Below are positions 35,129 to 49,720 of a stretch of DNA of 64,000 nucleotides, one piece after another. Under the pieces are notes generated by a model, which searched no databases, was not told the DNA's origin, and saw only the letters and a list, made by a program, of their open reading frames with translations. A program made the translations under genes and the position numbers. The DNA is taken from the NCBI RefSeq assembly GCF_963676685.1, contig NC_092344.1, positions 100,068,001-100,132,000 of the forward strand, written 5' to 3'. Numbering within the stretch: position 1 is the first letter of the stretch; the number at the start of each line of letters is the position of its first letter. This DNA comes from Mytilus edulis. Taxonomy: Eukaryota.

Positions 35129-37297
35129 AAAAACTAACATTGATCAATTAACCATGAAAATGAGTTCCAGGTTATATGAAATTTGCCAGTCAGAAATGTA
35201 CACCTTACAATCATTCCATACACCAAATATGGTTGACATAATGGTTATAATATCTGAGTATATCATCAGATTTGACCACATAAACTTAATCTTGATCCAT
35301 GATCTTGAGGTCACATGAACACTATCTGATGGACATAGATAGGTTGCAGGGAACCTGTAAACCAAATACAGTTATCCTATTACTGATAGCAAGTGAGAAA
35401 TTCATATCACAAACATTACAATTCTTTTTTCAAGCAGTTGCTGAATAATGAAAATGAGGTCATAGACATTGAACATATGAAAGACAGAAATTTCATAAAA
35501 TAAGGCTTCAGCATACAAGGTATGAAGCATCTAGGTGTTCTAAGCTTCTGAAATATAAAGCCATAAATAGTTCTTGTCATCACAAGCGTTGGATTGTAAT
35601 TCCTATTTCTCCCATATCGTGATGATTTTTGTGGCAATCAAGACAAAAACTACCATATGTTGACCACTAGATTTATCTAGCTTTTTATGCTGTTAGTTGC
35701 TGTCCCACAAAACTAGACTCCATACATATTATTGTTTATATGTATACCCCACAAACATTCTATAAAAAAAAAGTGACTGAGAAAATGACAAAAGCACTAA
35801 ACCTTTACAATGATCATTTAGCCATGAAAATGACAGGTATGAACATATTTACCATGATATTACATACCAATAACAGTTGACATATTTCTTAGTAATAAAG
35901 TTCTTTTACTACTTTATTATGCAAACAGAGACATAACATCACAACTGTTGTTTAAAATAAGTAAGAAATCACTAACTAAATATGTTAATAACTTTATTTA
36001 GTACACAATACCATTAACAACAAGACATTCATAACATAAAGATAAAGCATGTATTTCTAAGCTGGTAATAGTACATTTCATTGTACTACCTATCAAATCC
36101 AAATATTGAAAAAAAATTGACAAATTGTCATGTATTGGTCAATAATATTACAAAAATTACTATGTACAGGTAATACATATCACTATTATCAGTTAATTAT
36201 TATAAAGTTTGAAGAGAAAGAAGTATTTATCCCTTTATGTAGAAGTTTTCGATTAGTAATTTAAAACTCAAGAAATGTATTCATGGTTTCATTTCTTCCA
36301 ACAAGTCTAGATTGATTGATAGATGCTTAACACCCAACAACAATTTTACAAACAAAATCAGTATGTTTTATGGATATACTCTGCATTTTACTAGAAAAAA
36401 GTAAGCAAGTCAAATATTTGCAAGAGCTAGTTCATGGGTAGAAATCTACAGTTGAGAATAAATCCACAACCTCCACCACATACGGAAAGACTTAAACCAC
36501 AAATACCACCAATATAGTTCTTCAATTTTTAAGCCAGTTGTTAACACAATGAAAAGTATATCAGTAACTGCCAATAAAGGTTTGGGATATCGGGATCAAT
36601 AAAAGACATTATGCATGAAATATTTATCCCTGTTAGGTATTAGTTAAATGTGTAAAAAATACCAGTAGGTGAAATCGTCGGTAAGAATGAAACAAAAAAA
36701 TAACATAAACATATATGCTGATCACACCAATCGGTTGGAACAAAAAATAAAATATAATCTGTTACAAAAACCAAAGAAACAATAGCTGTTTTTTTCTGCC
36801 CCCCTCCCCCTTCAAAAAATAAATTAAAAAAACGTATTTCACATTTCAACTTGATTAGAAAGGAACTATTTTGGGCATCATTTCCTTTTCGTCCCTTAAA
36901 TAATCTGCATATGAAAAATTGTGAGGCATGGACAAATGTGAATTAATAATGCTGGCAAGGAAATAATCTTGTATCAGTAAAATAGTTTCAAAGGGATTGA
37001 TAATTAAAACAAGTGTTCAGAAACCAACCAATAACAGATACTACTCTACTGAGTCTCAAAATAATAACATATATAAATGTTGGACCTACTTTGAAAGAAA
37101 AAATTAAAATAATTAAAAACACATGTAACAGGATAAAAACATTGACCTTTCAGTAAATATAAGTCAGCCATTTTATAAACCCTTGATGGATTATTACTGG
37201 TACATAAAACTTATATTATCATTAAAATACATGCATGTTAGAACATTGGACAAAAAAATCCCTAACATTGAGAACAAAAGAAACAAATAAAATAATA

Positions 37298-40200
37298 TTA
37301 TGTCCGTTGCTGTAGAAGGTACTGGGTAAGCAGTGGTGATGGCGGTAAGAAATGCTGATGTTTGTTTTCTACCTGTGTTCGACGATTTCCATTATCATCA
37401 TAACCTGGGGAAAATGAATAAAGTATACTAATTATCAATAAAATCTAGCATCAGATTAAATGTCCAAATTATCTGGTGAAAATAAAACAAAAGAAACTAT
37501 CTGTTATTTCAGCAATAAATGGTCAACTGTGTTTTTTATTTTTTACCTACCGGTATTTATATGCTTAAAATTAAAACACATTTGATAAAAAAAAATATTT
37601 TTTTTATCATGGACTGTCTGTAAAGGTTTGATGTGAAAACGAAGTCTATCTATCAGTAAAATACTGTTCCATTCTTAAGGGCATACGATACAGTTACAGG
37701 GAAGGTAAGACGTTGCTAACGTAAAATGTTATTTTCGCGACGTCAAACTGTGACATATCGGGAAAAGATTCATTTTTCGACTGATTTTTATCATTCAAAC
37801 TGATTTAATTTGAAAACGAGTGCATGGACCCCTATTTTTTAAAATAGAAATTTGTTTCATTTTGCAAGGAGATTATGTGACCCAAATTTTATAAAACTGT
37901 AAATAGCGCAATTTTTTTAATTTTAATAAACATGCAGCAAAAAATGATGTTTTTTCCTCTATTCATGAACATTTGATAAATATAGAGTTATTTCGGAATA
38001 AAAATTGCATAATTTTTAATGATACTTATAAAATACAGAAATTACCGATTATTTAACAAAACACAATTTGTGTTTATCTTTTAAAGCAAAAAAGTTACGT
38101 CGTTCTTTCGAAAAAGAAAATACGGACACAAATCTGAATTTTGAGCAAATATACAAAATTTCGACCTCATTTTACTCAAAAAGTAGCACATGAAGGTATA
38201 TTTTTTATGACATATTTGATTTAATCAGGTAAAAAATAGCATATATGCAAATTTTCATCAACTTCTAAATACAGGTTCAAAACTGTATCGTATGCCCTTA
38301 AGTAAAATATATAAAATTTTGCACTAAAAAACCTGTCGCATATTCTAGTTGTACATGTAAGGAAGCTTACTGATTAGTATGAAACTAAGTTATATTGTAC
38401 AAATTATATGTTTATATTCTAAAAAACAAACCAAGCAGTGAATAACATTTAACCGTTCTTGACTTTAGATTTGATTGTTTAACACTTACTAGATGAAATG
38501 AGATCCAGATACTGACATAATGCATGCAACATCATTCTCTCAAAACTGCTTTTATAGTCTGATAGATAGACCGATGAAGGCCACTCTGTGAAGAAGGATA
38601 ACAGATCTCTTTCCAAGCTCTCTAATACTCCCTAAAAGAAAGGTCTTAAGGTGTTATTATGTTTAAGATACAATATCATTGATTCAATACAATAACTCTC
38701 AGGGGCGGATCCAGCCATTTTAAAAAGGGGGGGTTCAAAACCCAGGACAAAGGGGGGGTTCCAACTATATGTCCCCATTCAAATGCATTGATCAGGCCAA
38801 AAAAGGGGGGGGGGGTTCCAACCCCGGAACCCCCCTGGATCCGCCAATGACTCTGATGTAGCCTTGTCCAACTCCCTCAACTTTTCTATTATTGAATACT
38901 GTATGTTGACTTTCTTCATTTGATTCTGGTTTTTGTGTTACTGGGTGACTTGTCTCATTTTCTTCTACATCTTGTAAATATAAGATTCCTGTTTAAAAAG
39001 TCTTTGATGTTTGAACACAAAATGAAGAATCTCTCTAAATGTTTCCTTACCTTATAATGCCTATAATGTTTGAATAAACGTAGATATATAATTAAAGTGG
39101 AGAAGAACCCCCCCCCCCCCCCCCCCCCCCTGACAACCATGTTTTGATCAGATTAGAATAAGTAGAAGAGAATATCATAATAGCTTTTTATAAATTTTTT
39201 GTGTACTACTGTAGTTCACAATTCATATTGCCTTGGTGATTTCTTACAAGTTTTTCAAGATAGATGGCTAACAATGTATAGTCATGCCTTTAGTTTGTAT
39301 GTTCCTTCAGCAAAAGAAGCTATAACGATACATTAGAAGATGTTAGACACAAAGGTTGAATAAATCAGTCTTTCCTTTAGTGGGAGTGAGCTGAAAATAT
39401 ACTAAAGATATACAAACCATTGGAACATGTCTTCTCTTCAAGAATGATTTGATATTCTTATCAATTTTCTGGAAGCATTCTTTGGCACTAAAGCTTGGAT
39501 GAGCTACAAAGTAACAAAATAATATTGTATTGTAGATAATTATAGCAAACTTCAAGCAAACAAAACTTTGAATAATATTTACAACAAAATTCATTACAGA
39601 TTAAGGATTACATATTGAAAGATAGGTGTCATCTTATTACAGTAAAATATACTTATTACTCAAGTTATTTCATTTGACTGGGCGGAGTCTAGCCGGTTCG
39701 CTCATAATAAACCAGTCCATCTTAACATAGGTGTTTTAGGATAAACTCATCAATAAAGTGTGTGCAATCATTGTTTTGTAAATTCATTTGATGACACTGC
39801 TAGGTGATCAGTAATAATTATAACGGCAATCATCCTTATCACACACATCTTTAAATAGACTGTTCTTATGCAAATTAAAAGGTAAACTCCGCCCGATCAG
39901 TTGAAATAACATTGGTAATAGTATATAATCAAGATTTTTAAATTGCCTGTGTTAAAACAAATGTAAATAATTTATCTCTATTTTCAACACTTGATTTTCT
40001 ACAGTACTGAAAATAGAAAACTTTATAGACTTGCCAACTACAATTATCATATGTAAAATTAACAAGCATTCTGTGAGTGCTGCATGGCAATACATAGTCC
40101 ACTAACGGTTAAAAATTTATTGTATGGAACAAAATTCTACCTTGATCTATAAATTTTCATAATGTCCGTTAACAATACAACAAATCAATATCTTCAAGCA

Positions 40201-43200
40201 TGACAAAAAGAGTGTGGAAAACTGAATATTTTAGTGAAGTCAAAGGACCATAACTCTACAGAAAATCTACAATTTTATGGGACTGTATAGAACTAACACA
40301 AACAATGTGCAGTGCATGTGCATATCCTGAAAAAAAATCTACAATCATGACAAAAGTCAAAATAACATCAAAGCTGATTCTTACAATATCAAACTCAATT
40401 TACCTTAACCTAATTCAAAGTTTTCAGGACCTGTTATATAACTGTACAAAATTCAACAACATTTTGGAGCTTCTTTTATCTTTGTTTGAGATAACAAACC
40501 TTAACAATATATATAACTGGTGCAGGACTTATCATCTCAAAATTGTGCTTTATTTTAGTTAAAACATTCAAATACATATTAGAAATTACAACATGCTCTT
40601 TAAAGTTCAAAACATTTTACCTCAGTTTAAGAGACAAATGAAGAAGTTGTCTATATCTGGTAAGGACAAAATATGTTATACATGTAGAAGAGAACTACAT
40701 ACATAGACATTTTCATCATACATGTACAGGTAACCTGTATATTAATGTAGACAAACCCTACATTACAGGACAGAATAATTATAACCCGTACATGATCTCA
40801 TGTCCACCTTTTCCCATGTTTCATCAAGATCACTGCTGTCAGTGTTGTTCCCTTCGTCATTTTTCTTCCTTGAATCTTTCATTTCTGCTCTTGTCAAAAA
40901 CTGCTGTTGCTCATCTTCTGATGAGTTGATGAAATCATTCCAAATCTATATATAATGATAATAGAAACCATTTAGATGTATGTCTTATCATAAAAGATAT
41001 GTGTTGCCTATCTAAGCTATTACCTGAATGAGACATTTAATGTCTACAAATGTTTGAACAATGACAAATACAATTCTATGCATAGTGCCAACTATTTGAT
41101 TTTATTCCAGCCTAACTCTCAGAGTGTATAATTATAACATATAAGTTGTTTGCTTGTTTGTCTGGTAAATCAGGAATATTTCATTAGTTATTGTTTGTAA
41201 TATTATAAAAAACTAGAGGCTCTAAAGAGCCTGTGTCGCTCACCTTGGTCTATGTGAATATTAAACAAAGGAAGAAGATGGATTCATGACAAAATTGTGT
41301 TTTGGTGATGATAATGTGTTTGTACATCTTACTTTACTGAACATTCTTGCTGCTTACAATTATCTCTATCTATAATGAACTTGGCCCAGTAGTTTCAGTA
41401 AAAAATGTTTGTAAAAATTTACAAATTTTATGAAAATTGTTAAAAATTGACTATAAAGGACAATAACTCCTTAGGGGGTCAATTGACCATTTCAGTCATG
41501 TTGACTTATTTGTAAATCTTACTTTGCTGTACATTATTGCTGTTTAAAGTTTATCTCTATCTATAATAATATTCAAGATAATAACCCAAAACAGTAAAAT
41601 TTCCTTAAAATTACCAATTTAGGGGCAGCAACCCAACAACGGGTTGTCCGACTCATCCGAAATTTCAGGGCAGATAGATTTTGACCTGATAAACAATTCA
41701 ACCCAATGTCAGATTTGCTCTAAATGCTTTGGTTTTTGAGTTATAAGCCAAAAACTGCGTTTTACCCCTATGTTTTATTTTTAGCTATGGCAGCCATCTT
41801 GGTTGGATGGCCAGGTCACTGGACACATTTTTTAAACTAGATACCCCAAAGATGATTGTGGCCAAGTTTGGATTAATTTGGCCCAGTAGTTTCAGAGGAG
41901 AAGATTTTTGTAAAAGATTACTAAGATTTACGAAAAATAGTTAAAAATTGACTATAAAGGGCAATAACTCCTAAAGGGGTCAACTGACCATTTCGGTCAA
42001 GTTGACTTATTTGTAAATCTTACTTTGCTGAACATTATTGCTGTTTACAGTTTATCTCTATCTATAATAATATTCAAGATAATAACCAAAAACAGTAAAA
42101 TTTCCTTAAAATTACCAATTTAGGGGCAGCAACCCAACAACGGGTTGTCGGATTCATCTGAAAATTTGAGGGCAGATAGATCTTGACCTGATAAACAATT
42201 TTACCCACAGACAGATTTGCTCTAAATGCTTTGGTTTTTGAGTTATAAGCCAAAAACTGCATTTTACCCCTATGTTCTATTTTTAGCCATGGCGGACATC
42301 TTGGTTGGTTGGCCGGGTCACACCACACATTTTTTAAACAAGTTATCCCTATGATGATTGTGGCCACGTTTAGTTTAATTTGGCCCAGTAGTTTCAGAGA
42401 AGAAGATTTTTGTAAAAGATTACTAAGATTTACGAAAAAATGGTTAAAAATTGACTATAAAGGGCAATAACTCCTTCAGGGGTCAACTGACCATTTTGGT
42501 CATGCTGACTTATTTGTAAATCTTACTTTGCTGAACATTATTGCTGTTTACAGTTTATCTCTATCTATAATAATATTCAAGATAATAACCAAAAACAGCA
42601 AAATTTCCTTAAAATTACCAATTCAGGGGCAGCAACCCAACAAAAGGTTGTCCGATTCATCTGAAAATTTCAGGACAGATAGATGTTGACCTGATAAACA
42701 CTTTTACTACATGTCAGATTTGCTCTAAATGCTTTGGTTTTTGAGTTATAAACCAAAAACTGCATTTTACCCCTATGTTCTATTTTTAGCCATGGCGGCC
42801 ATCTTGGTTGATTTGCCGGGTCACGCCACACATTTTTTAAACTAGATATCCCAAAGATGATTGTGGCCAAGTTTGGATTAATTTGGCCCAGTAGTTTCAG
42901 AGGAGAAGATTTTTGTAAAAGATTACTAAGATTTACGAAAAATGGTTAAAAATTGACTATAAAGGGCAATAACTCCTAAAGGGGTCAACTGACCATTTTG
43001 GTCATGTTGACTTATTTGTAAATCTTATTTTGCTGAACATTATTGCTGTTTACAGTTTATCTCTATCTATAATAATATTCAAGATAATAGCCAAAAACAG
43101 CAAAAATTCCCAAAAATTACCAGTTCAGGGGCAGCAACCCAATATTGGGTTGTCGCATTCATTTGAAAATTTGAGGGCAGATAGATCTTGACCTGATAAA

Positions 43201-46200
43201 CAATTTTACCCCATGTCAGATTTGCTCTAAATGCTTTGGTTTTTGAGTTATAAGCCAAAAACTGCATTTTACCCCTATGTTCTATTTTTAGCCATGGCGG
43301 CCATCTTGGTTGGTTGGCCGGGGCACGCCAAACATTTTTTAAACTAGATACCCTAATGATGATTGTAACCAAGTTTGGTTTAATTTGGCCCAGTAGTTTC
43401 AGAGGAGAAGATTTTTGTAAAAGTTAACGACGACGGACGACAGACGACGGACGACGACGACGCCGGACGCCAAGTGATGGGAAAAGCTCACTTGGCCCTT
43501 CGGGCCAGGTGAGCTAAAAATGGTCGAAGAGGTTTTTAAGTCAACATAAAGTCAACAATTAATTCAATGATTTAATTGGATACTGGATAGTAAGAAATAT
43601 ATTGATAACCTTTAACTAGATAATAAACTAAAGTTAAAGTTATTTTATAGTCCAATTAACAAACTTTACTAACTTCATTGGTTTTTTTTATACACACTCA
43701 AGTGTATTGATGCTGTACAATTTGATCTTCTCTTGTCTGAATACAGAACAAATGAGAACAAACCTGCATCTTCTCTTGTTCCATGAACAATTCTGCAAAG
43801 TGAGATACTGATGGTTCAAACAAATCAGTCTCAATATCAATTGAAGTGCCATCATCCTTTTCATTCAAATTAAGCAGGTACTTCACTGCAATATAAGTAT
43901 ACATGATTATTCTGAAGCTTGTGATTCTCTTGGCATGTAAATGTTATTGCATTAATTTATATACACCACATTAAATCCAAATCAGTATGACAAATAGCAT
44001 AAAACCAGTTAAACCAGCTGCATTCTAATTAAACCAGCTAACCATGGATATTCTTTTGATAAATTTTGTTAAAACAGCATAGTACAAATAGTGCCTCACT
44101 TAATATAAGCTACCTGTCAATTAACAAGCATTCTGAGAGTATTGCATGGCAATACATAGTCCCCTACTGGCTAAAAATTCATTGTACTAGAAGAAAAATC
44201 TAGCTTTATCAGTAATTTGTAATATTTTCTATCCAAAACAATATCTCCTGATAAAATACAACCCAACAAAATTCTAACTTGATCTATAACTTGTCATGGT
44301 TAAACTTTATAACAAATATCAAAACAATTTCTTCATACAGCATGACAATAAAAGGGGGAAACTGATTTAATACTTGTGAGAATTTTCTAAAGCAAAATGA
44401 CTACCAGCAAATTCAACAATTTTTCCATAATTTATAAAGGGACATAACTCTTGAAAGGTAAAAGTGACATCACCATAATTAGAACTTGATTGGTGGAATC
44501 AATCAATTTGTGTAAGTCTAATTCTATTTGTTTTAGATAAAACTAAAGTCAAGTTGTAGGTATTAAAAATATAACTTGAAGTTTTGAGTAGTTGCAAATT
44601 CAGAATTTCCCATGTGCATTTATAAATAATAATAATGATGACTATATTTTAAAGAGCTTTTGTCTGCAATGGAGACATAAAATGCTGCATGGCTTTCATT
44701 AATTAATCTTTTACTACAAGTGCAAATAATTACTGTTTTCAACTCTCCTAGCCTGCTTTGCTCCTGTCTTCTTCCTGCATACATAGTTGATGTTGTTATC
44801 ATATGTATTTGCAAATATGCGGTTTCTATTCACACGTCTTTTCTTAGATTCTGATCTTACTTCCTCTTTTATATCATGCTGCAATTCCCTGAAACAAAAA
44901 TAGCCTTATTATTAATAAAAAAATCAAATAAAAACAAGAGGCTGTCGTAGTCACAGCAAACCAGATTTTCCAGGAGAGGTCGAAACCTGAACAGTTGATC
45001 AAGTATGGACATATAACAGTTAAGCGTCAAAAACTCTGAATTTGGATTGTGATCGAATATTTGACACATCATAGGTTTGTGACAAAAAATGAATGTGGTC
45101 AAAGAACTGAAAAATTTGAAATAAGACATTTATATTATTACCTATTTAGGTCCAATATAAAAAATCTAAGTACATTGTAAGAATCAGCATATCAAAGAAT
45201 CCCCAAAATTCATTTTTTTTAAAAAGACTCAGAAGAGAATTAGTTCAGCAGTGGCGGATCCGGAACTTTTCATAAAGGGGGGCCCACTGACTGACCTAAG
45301 AGGGGACAGCTGAGCTGTCATGCTTCATTGATTCCCTATATAATCAATCAAATTTCCCCACAAAAGGGATTTCAGTCAATATCTACTTGTATGACAAAAA
45401 AAGTGTTGAAAACTGATTATTTAAGGAGGCTCACGGGTATCATCTTCAATAGCCAAGGGTTACGATCCACTCCCGTTCTCTTCACCCTTGGCGGATTGAG
45501 ATAAAATTTCAGAGACACAAGGTAAGGATTTTTATTGGTTGCAGTCGAAACTCACTGCATCCAATCAAAAAGCGCCTATAACCTGATCACGTGTAAATGT
45601 AGAAAGTGTTTGTAAACAATTGCCACATGTTTATTGTGCAACAAGTCTTTACATCCCTAAACATACGACTACATTTAGTGACAATTTGAATGTTTTTAAT
45701 CAACTGAAGAAGTTCCTGTGTATGTTCCATGCACAAATGCATGAATATTGACGTATATTTTCATTTCAAGGGTGAAGAGAACGGGAGTGGATTGTAACCC
45801 TTGACTAGCGAAGATGGCAGGTACAAATGTACAAGATTTTCAGAAAAAATTAAACATTTATTTTTTATTACAAATTTTATTTATTACCTTTAGTAGTTGT
45901 TACTTTATCCATATGGTACAAAAATCATTCCAAAAAATCAATACTTGTTTGTCCCAGGTGACTTTTAAAATGTAGATATCATTGGAAAAGCTCCAAATTA
46001 TCTCCCTTTGGTGCAAAAATGCCATTTTTTTGCATTAAAATGAAATATCTTTTTCAACTCATAGGTGACCTATATTTTTTATTGTTGTTTTCAAATAAGC
46101 TGTACATAAACTAAATAATTGTAAAATTTAAGTGATTTTTGTAATTTAGTTCTTTTTTTATTTCGATACTACCGCTATTTCTCCTATTAGTTCAACAAAA

Positions 46201-48307
46201 AAAAGGACTTTAACAAAAATGTATGCTTCTTTTGAAGGCAGATTGTGAGCGTAAATGAACGGTGACCCCATTTTTTTATTTCATTTTTCTATTAAGTATA
46301 AGATAAAGTTCATTTATAGAAAAATATAGAGAAATCCTATATTAAATAAAAAATTTGATTTAGACCCGCGAGCCCCCTTAAGTTAATTTTCTACGTCCAA
46401 GGACCATAACTCTGGACAAAATCATCAGACTGGAACAAAATTTGAACTTGATCTGTAACTTGTCATGATGCATTTATACACTTTACATTTCTATAATTGA
46501 TTGTCTAATGATGGACTTTGCATGACCAAGATTTATGCAATATTGCATTGCATTTTAGCTGTATCAAAAAATTAGTGCCAAATACATTTGTACCTTTTGG
46601 ACTCTCAAATGTTAATTACAACCAAAGATACCTTTGCTTATAATTGTACAAAATAACTAAAAGACTATATTCTTTACTATTAATTTTAACAGTTTGATAG
46701 CCATCGTAAATTCACATCCAATCTGACACCCCCACCAACTGTTTAAGGAATTTATAGAAAATATAAACAATAGCTAAATGATAAATGTAATCGATGGTAC
46801 TGTTCATCCCATGCATTGTAAAATTATATTTATATCTCAAAAGATAGCCTGGGTCCTATTCAAATTGTCTACATTCTAAATATGTCAGGGTAATTGTTGT
46901 TGTCCCAATGAGATTCAACCATGAATTGTATTTGGAATCTGTTGCTTTAAAACTGTTTAAATACAATTTATGAAATTCAATTAATGCTGACTAATAAAAT
47001 TTGGATGAGCTCCCAAATAAAAGACAGAAAAGGGCCATGGCGCCAATTTTGTTTCCCTAAATAGAGCAGGGCACTATACCATGCCAAAACCTCCTGCAGG
47101 AAAAACTATAATTGGGTACAATTGCAAATGTACCCTAATTATATTATAATAAATGATTAGTTTTTACCTAACATTATATATTGCTGGATATACATGTACA
47201 TGAGGGTAGTAAGGCTCTTTACCGTCAGACATCAAACAGTTATTTTCGGCTAGCATTAGCATGAAATTAATTGAAATTTTACTGTGATTTGTCAAAATAT
47301 CCTTATCATGATTCCTCCAAATATCCTTATCATGATTTGTCAGAGGTCTCAAATATTTATCAATAACGTCATTTAAAAATAAAAATTAACGTGACTCGTT
47401 AAAATCAGTCCATTTTTTTAGCATCTAAGAGAAAGTGTACATTTTATCGTCATGCACCAAAAAATACCGTTCACGTCATTTGGCAAGAATTTTTATCGTT
47501 ATTCGTCATGAAGGTACCCCCATTTATAACTGAAAAATCTGAGTTTGGAATACTCTGTTATTGAAAAAATTAGACGTGATTTGTCAAAACTAATCATTTT
47601 TTTTTTTCGAAAAGAAATCAAAATTTTGTCGTCATGCATCTAAAATTACAGTTAACATCTTTTAGTTTTAGCAAGAATCTTTACCGTTGTTCTACATGAT
47701 GTACCCCCATACACCTTATCGCTATTTGTCCGCCATTGCTGGATATCACACAGGTTCCCGTAAAATGTTGACGTCATAAAACAAAACATCTGACGCCACA
47801 ATGGAAAAGTGATTGTTGTTGACGTCAAAAGTTCAAGCGGCCGGGTCAGCCGGGATTAGCGATAAGCTATATTAAGGTCAATTCGCCCTTTCAGAATCTA
47901 ATGCATCCTGGGTAATATTTTCAAAAGCGTACACCAAAGCGTTTTGATTGGTTTAAAACGTTATAAACAATGGAAATTCAACCAATGACGTAACGTTATT
48001 TTCACTTTGGGGTACGAACAATGAAATTACCCATGATGCTTTAGATTCTGAAACGGCCAATTAAGGTCCCCATACATGTACATGTACACGACAACAATGC
48101 AAAACATCTGTAAGAGGAGGCAGATGGGGTAATTTATATGGGACATAATTTGATTAGTTGAACTTGACAGTTGTAAACTTTTCCAAGGCTACAGCCTACA
48201 CTACAGAGCAATGTGAGACACAAACATATTTCGAAATAAACTTACTCTAGTTCATCTTCAATATATCCATAAAAGAATACATCTTTTCCATCTCTTGTAA
48301 CTCCCAT
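37298..48307 (-). CDS. R3HDM4: R3H domain-containing protein 4 (7 coding exons: 48307-48246, 44888-44734, 43885-43764, 40945-40792, 39503-39418, 38631-38490, 37404-37298; 275 aa)
   Basis: All six introns GT..AG with matching phases. The spliced peptide contains ARRVENMKYLL, IWNDFINSSEDEQ, ECFQKIDKNIKSFLKRRHVPM, the R3H motif SSFERMMLHALCQYLDLIS and C-terminal HFLPPSPLLTQYL, matching the R3HDM4 family as I recall it. Exon 1 is the least certain. Confidence 0.92.
37679..38297. mobile_element. Kolobok-like MITE in the last R3HDM4 intron
   Basis: TTAA TSD; perfect 17-bp TIR GGGCATACGATACAGTT. Confidence 0.88.
38700..38849. mobile_element. Small G-run-rich MITE
   Basis: TIR CAGGGGCGGATCCAG/CTGGATCCGCCAATG; ACTCT duplicated on both sides; relatives near 45249 and 58106-58263. 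Confidence 0.7.
39655..39920. mobile_element. MITE-like inverted repeat element
   Basis: TTATTACTCAAGTTATTTTCATTTGACTGGGCGGAGT versus ACTCCGCCCGATCAGTTGAAATAACATTGGTAATAG. Confidence 0.6.
41213..43515 (+). mobile_element. Helentron-like (HINE/pearl-type) element with four ~502-bp tandem units in R3HDM4 intron 3
   Basis: TTGGCCCAGTAGTTTCAG recurs at 41381, 41878, 42380, 42883 and 43385. 5' hairpin GGCTCT..AGAGCC plus GCTCACC sub-TIR, (GAC)n tract, 3' hairpin AGCTCACTTGGCCC-TTC-GGGCCAGGTGAGCT; flanked by A-runs. Confidence 0.8.
45425..46377. mobile_element. Kolobok-like MITE (family of 6971-7536) interrupted by another MITE
   Basis: TTAA-GGAGGCTCACGGGT ... ACCCGCGAGCCCCC-TTAA; body matches 6985-7536. 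Confidence 0.85.
45441..45816. mobile_element. MITE with ~50-bp TIRs (CAT...ATG ends, P-like)
   Basis: CATCTTC..TAG.CAAGGGTTAC.ATCCACTCCCGTTCTCTTCACCCTTG at both ends; decayed 8-bp TSD; partial inverted copy at about 53355-53540. Confidence 0.75.
47880..48062. mobile_element. Small MITE with ~37-bp TIR (adjacent small element 47715-47865 with CTTATCGCTA TIR)
   Basis: AATTCGCCCTTTCAGAATCTAATGCATCCTGGGTAAT / ATTACCCATGATGCTTTAGATTCTGAAACGGCCAATT. Confidence 0.65.
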
Positions 48308-49720
48308 ATTTACTAGTTTGTATGTTTACTTCTGACAATCACAAGTGAAGGATTTCCGTTGGTGATGAAACGTCAAATTTGACATTTAGGTAGGGGAAAG
48401 TCCAGAGACTGTCCGAATGTAAATTAAGGTTTCTTAGGGTTTTTTACGGACTTGTTAACCATTTAGCAGTGTAGAGGGATAACTCAAAATATAGAACCTT
48501 ACATCAATTAATAATTGCTATTCATATTTTTGGTGATCATCTGTAGAAATCTGTTGAATATGTTATTCATGAACGATAATAATAATATTTTTGATATTAA
48601 ATCCCCCAATGAAGCCTATTCAATGACTCACAATCAGTAAAATGTTTGAGTGTCCCTCCAAACACAGTGCAATAAAATGATTTTGAAATACATCGAACAT
48701 AAAAAGGAGAAAAATATTCCTTTTGTTAGCCAGAAAAATAATCCAGCTGGAGTCGTTAGTAGAAAACAGCAGGTAATCATAACTGGATTATTTTGAAATA
48801 TAATAAAAACAAAACATGTAATCCAAAGCATATAGTGAAAATGAAAAGGTAAAACACTTGCTGATTCACCACTTCATAACCTGTACAAGCACAACACAAG
48901 ATAAATTTATCAGTATTTGAAAAATTAGTAGATGTTAAATGATTGCTTATGAAACAACTGTCTACCAAAACGACCAATTGATAAGAATGCTATCAACTAC
49001 TGATTACCATACTGGATACATGTCAAGTCATACTTTTGGCAACTCGTACTCCACCAACTCGTACCCTATTTTTGGAAAATGACGCAGTCATTGTTCCATT
49101 ACTGGCGACCTGAACTTCATTACATTTCTCTGCCTACCGCGCTTGGTCTCGTATTTACTATTTTCTATACAAACTGGAATTTGCTCGTGTTATCATTATG
49201 CATGAGAGGTCATTGTGTAGTAATCAGCCAGGAACCAGTTTACAAACTAACTGGTTTCTGCTTGTATTCCACTACACTCGAACAAAGTGTTGTAGTTTGT
49301 CGGGAACCAGTTTAGAATTTGTAAATTACAAAACGTAATCGGTTATTGTTCATTCCGTTTTGGTGTTTCATACCGACTTTTATGGTTTGAATAAGCTTAA
49401 GACCCTTCAAACATTAATGTGATAGGTATATTAAAGACTGTTTTACAAAAGGATGGAACTGTTTTGCTTTCAAAGTCGTACTATAGTGATATCTGTTATG
49501 TACGGATTTCCACTCTCACCGGTTAATTTCTTCTTTTACACGTGCTTTTGAAACTTCCTGTTTAAACATCGCAAGTTTTAAAATTGTTTTTTGAGTGAAT
49601 TTAACTTATTTTAACAATCATGAAGCGTTCCAGAATCATTTTCAAGCAGTTTCTTCTTCTCTTTGATGATGGAAAATAGGTCTTTCTCAAGAAAATACCG
49701 CAAACGATCGCAGAGGAATT

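Larger units (their letters stand above)
31898..35640 (+). mobile_element. Helentron-like non-autonomous element(s) with ~160-170-bp internal tandem units, carrying nested insertions
   Basis: Starts at ACAAGAGTGCACAC.CTGAAATGTC (about 31896 and 32187); repeated GAAAATGAGGTCAAGGTCAGA units; same family inverted at 54267-55487 and 59381-60456. Confidence 0.55.

Noticed and set aside
42074-43372. Three similar 66-97 aa ORFs (PANQPRWPPWLK)
   Set aside because: Produced by the 502-bp tandem units of a non-coding element.
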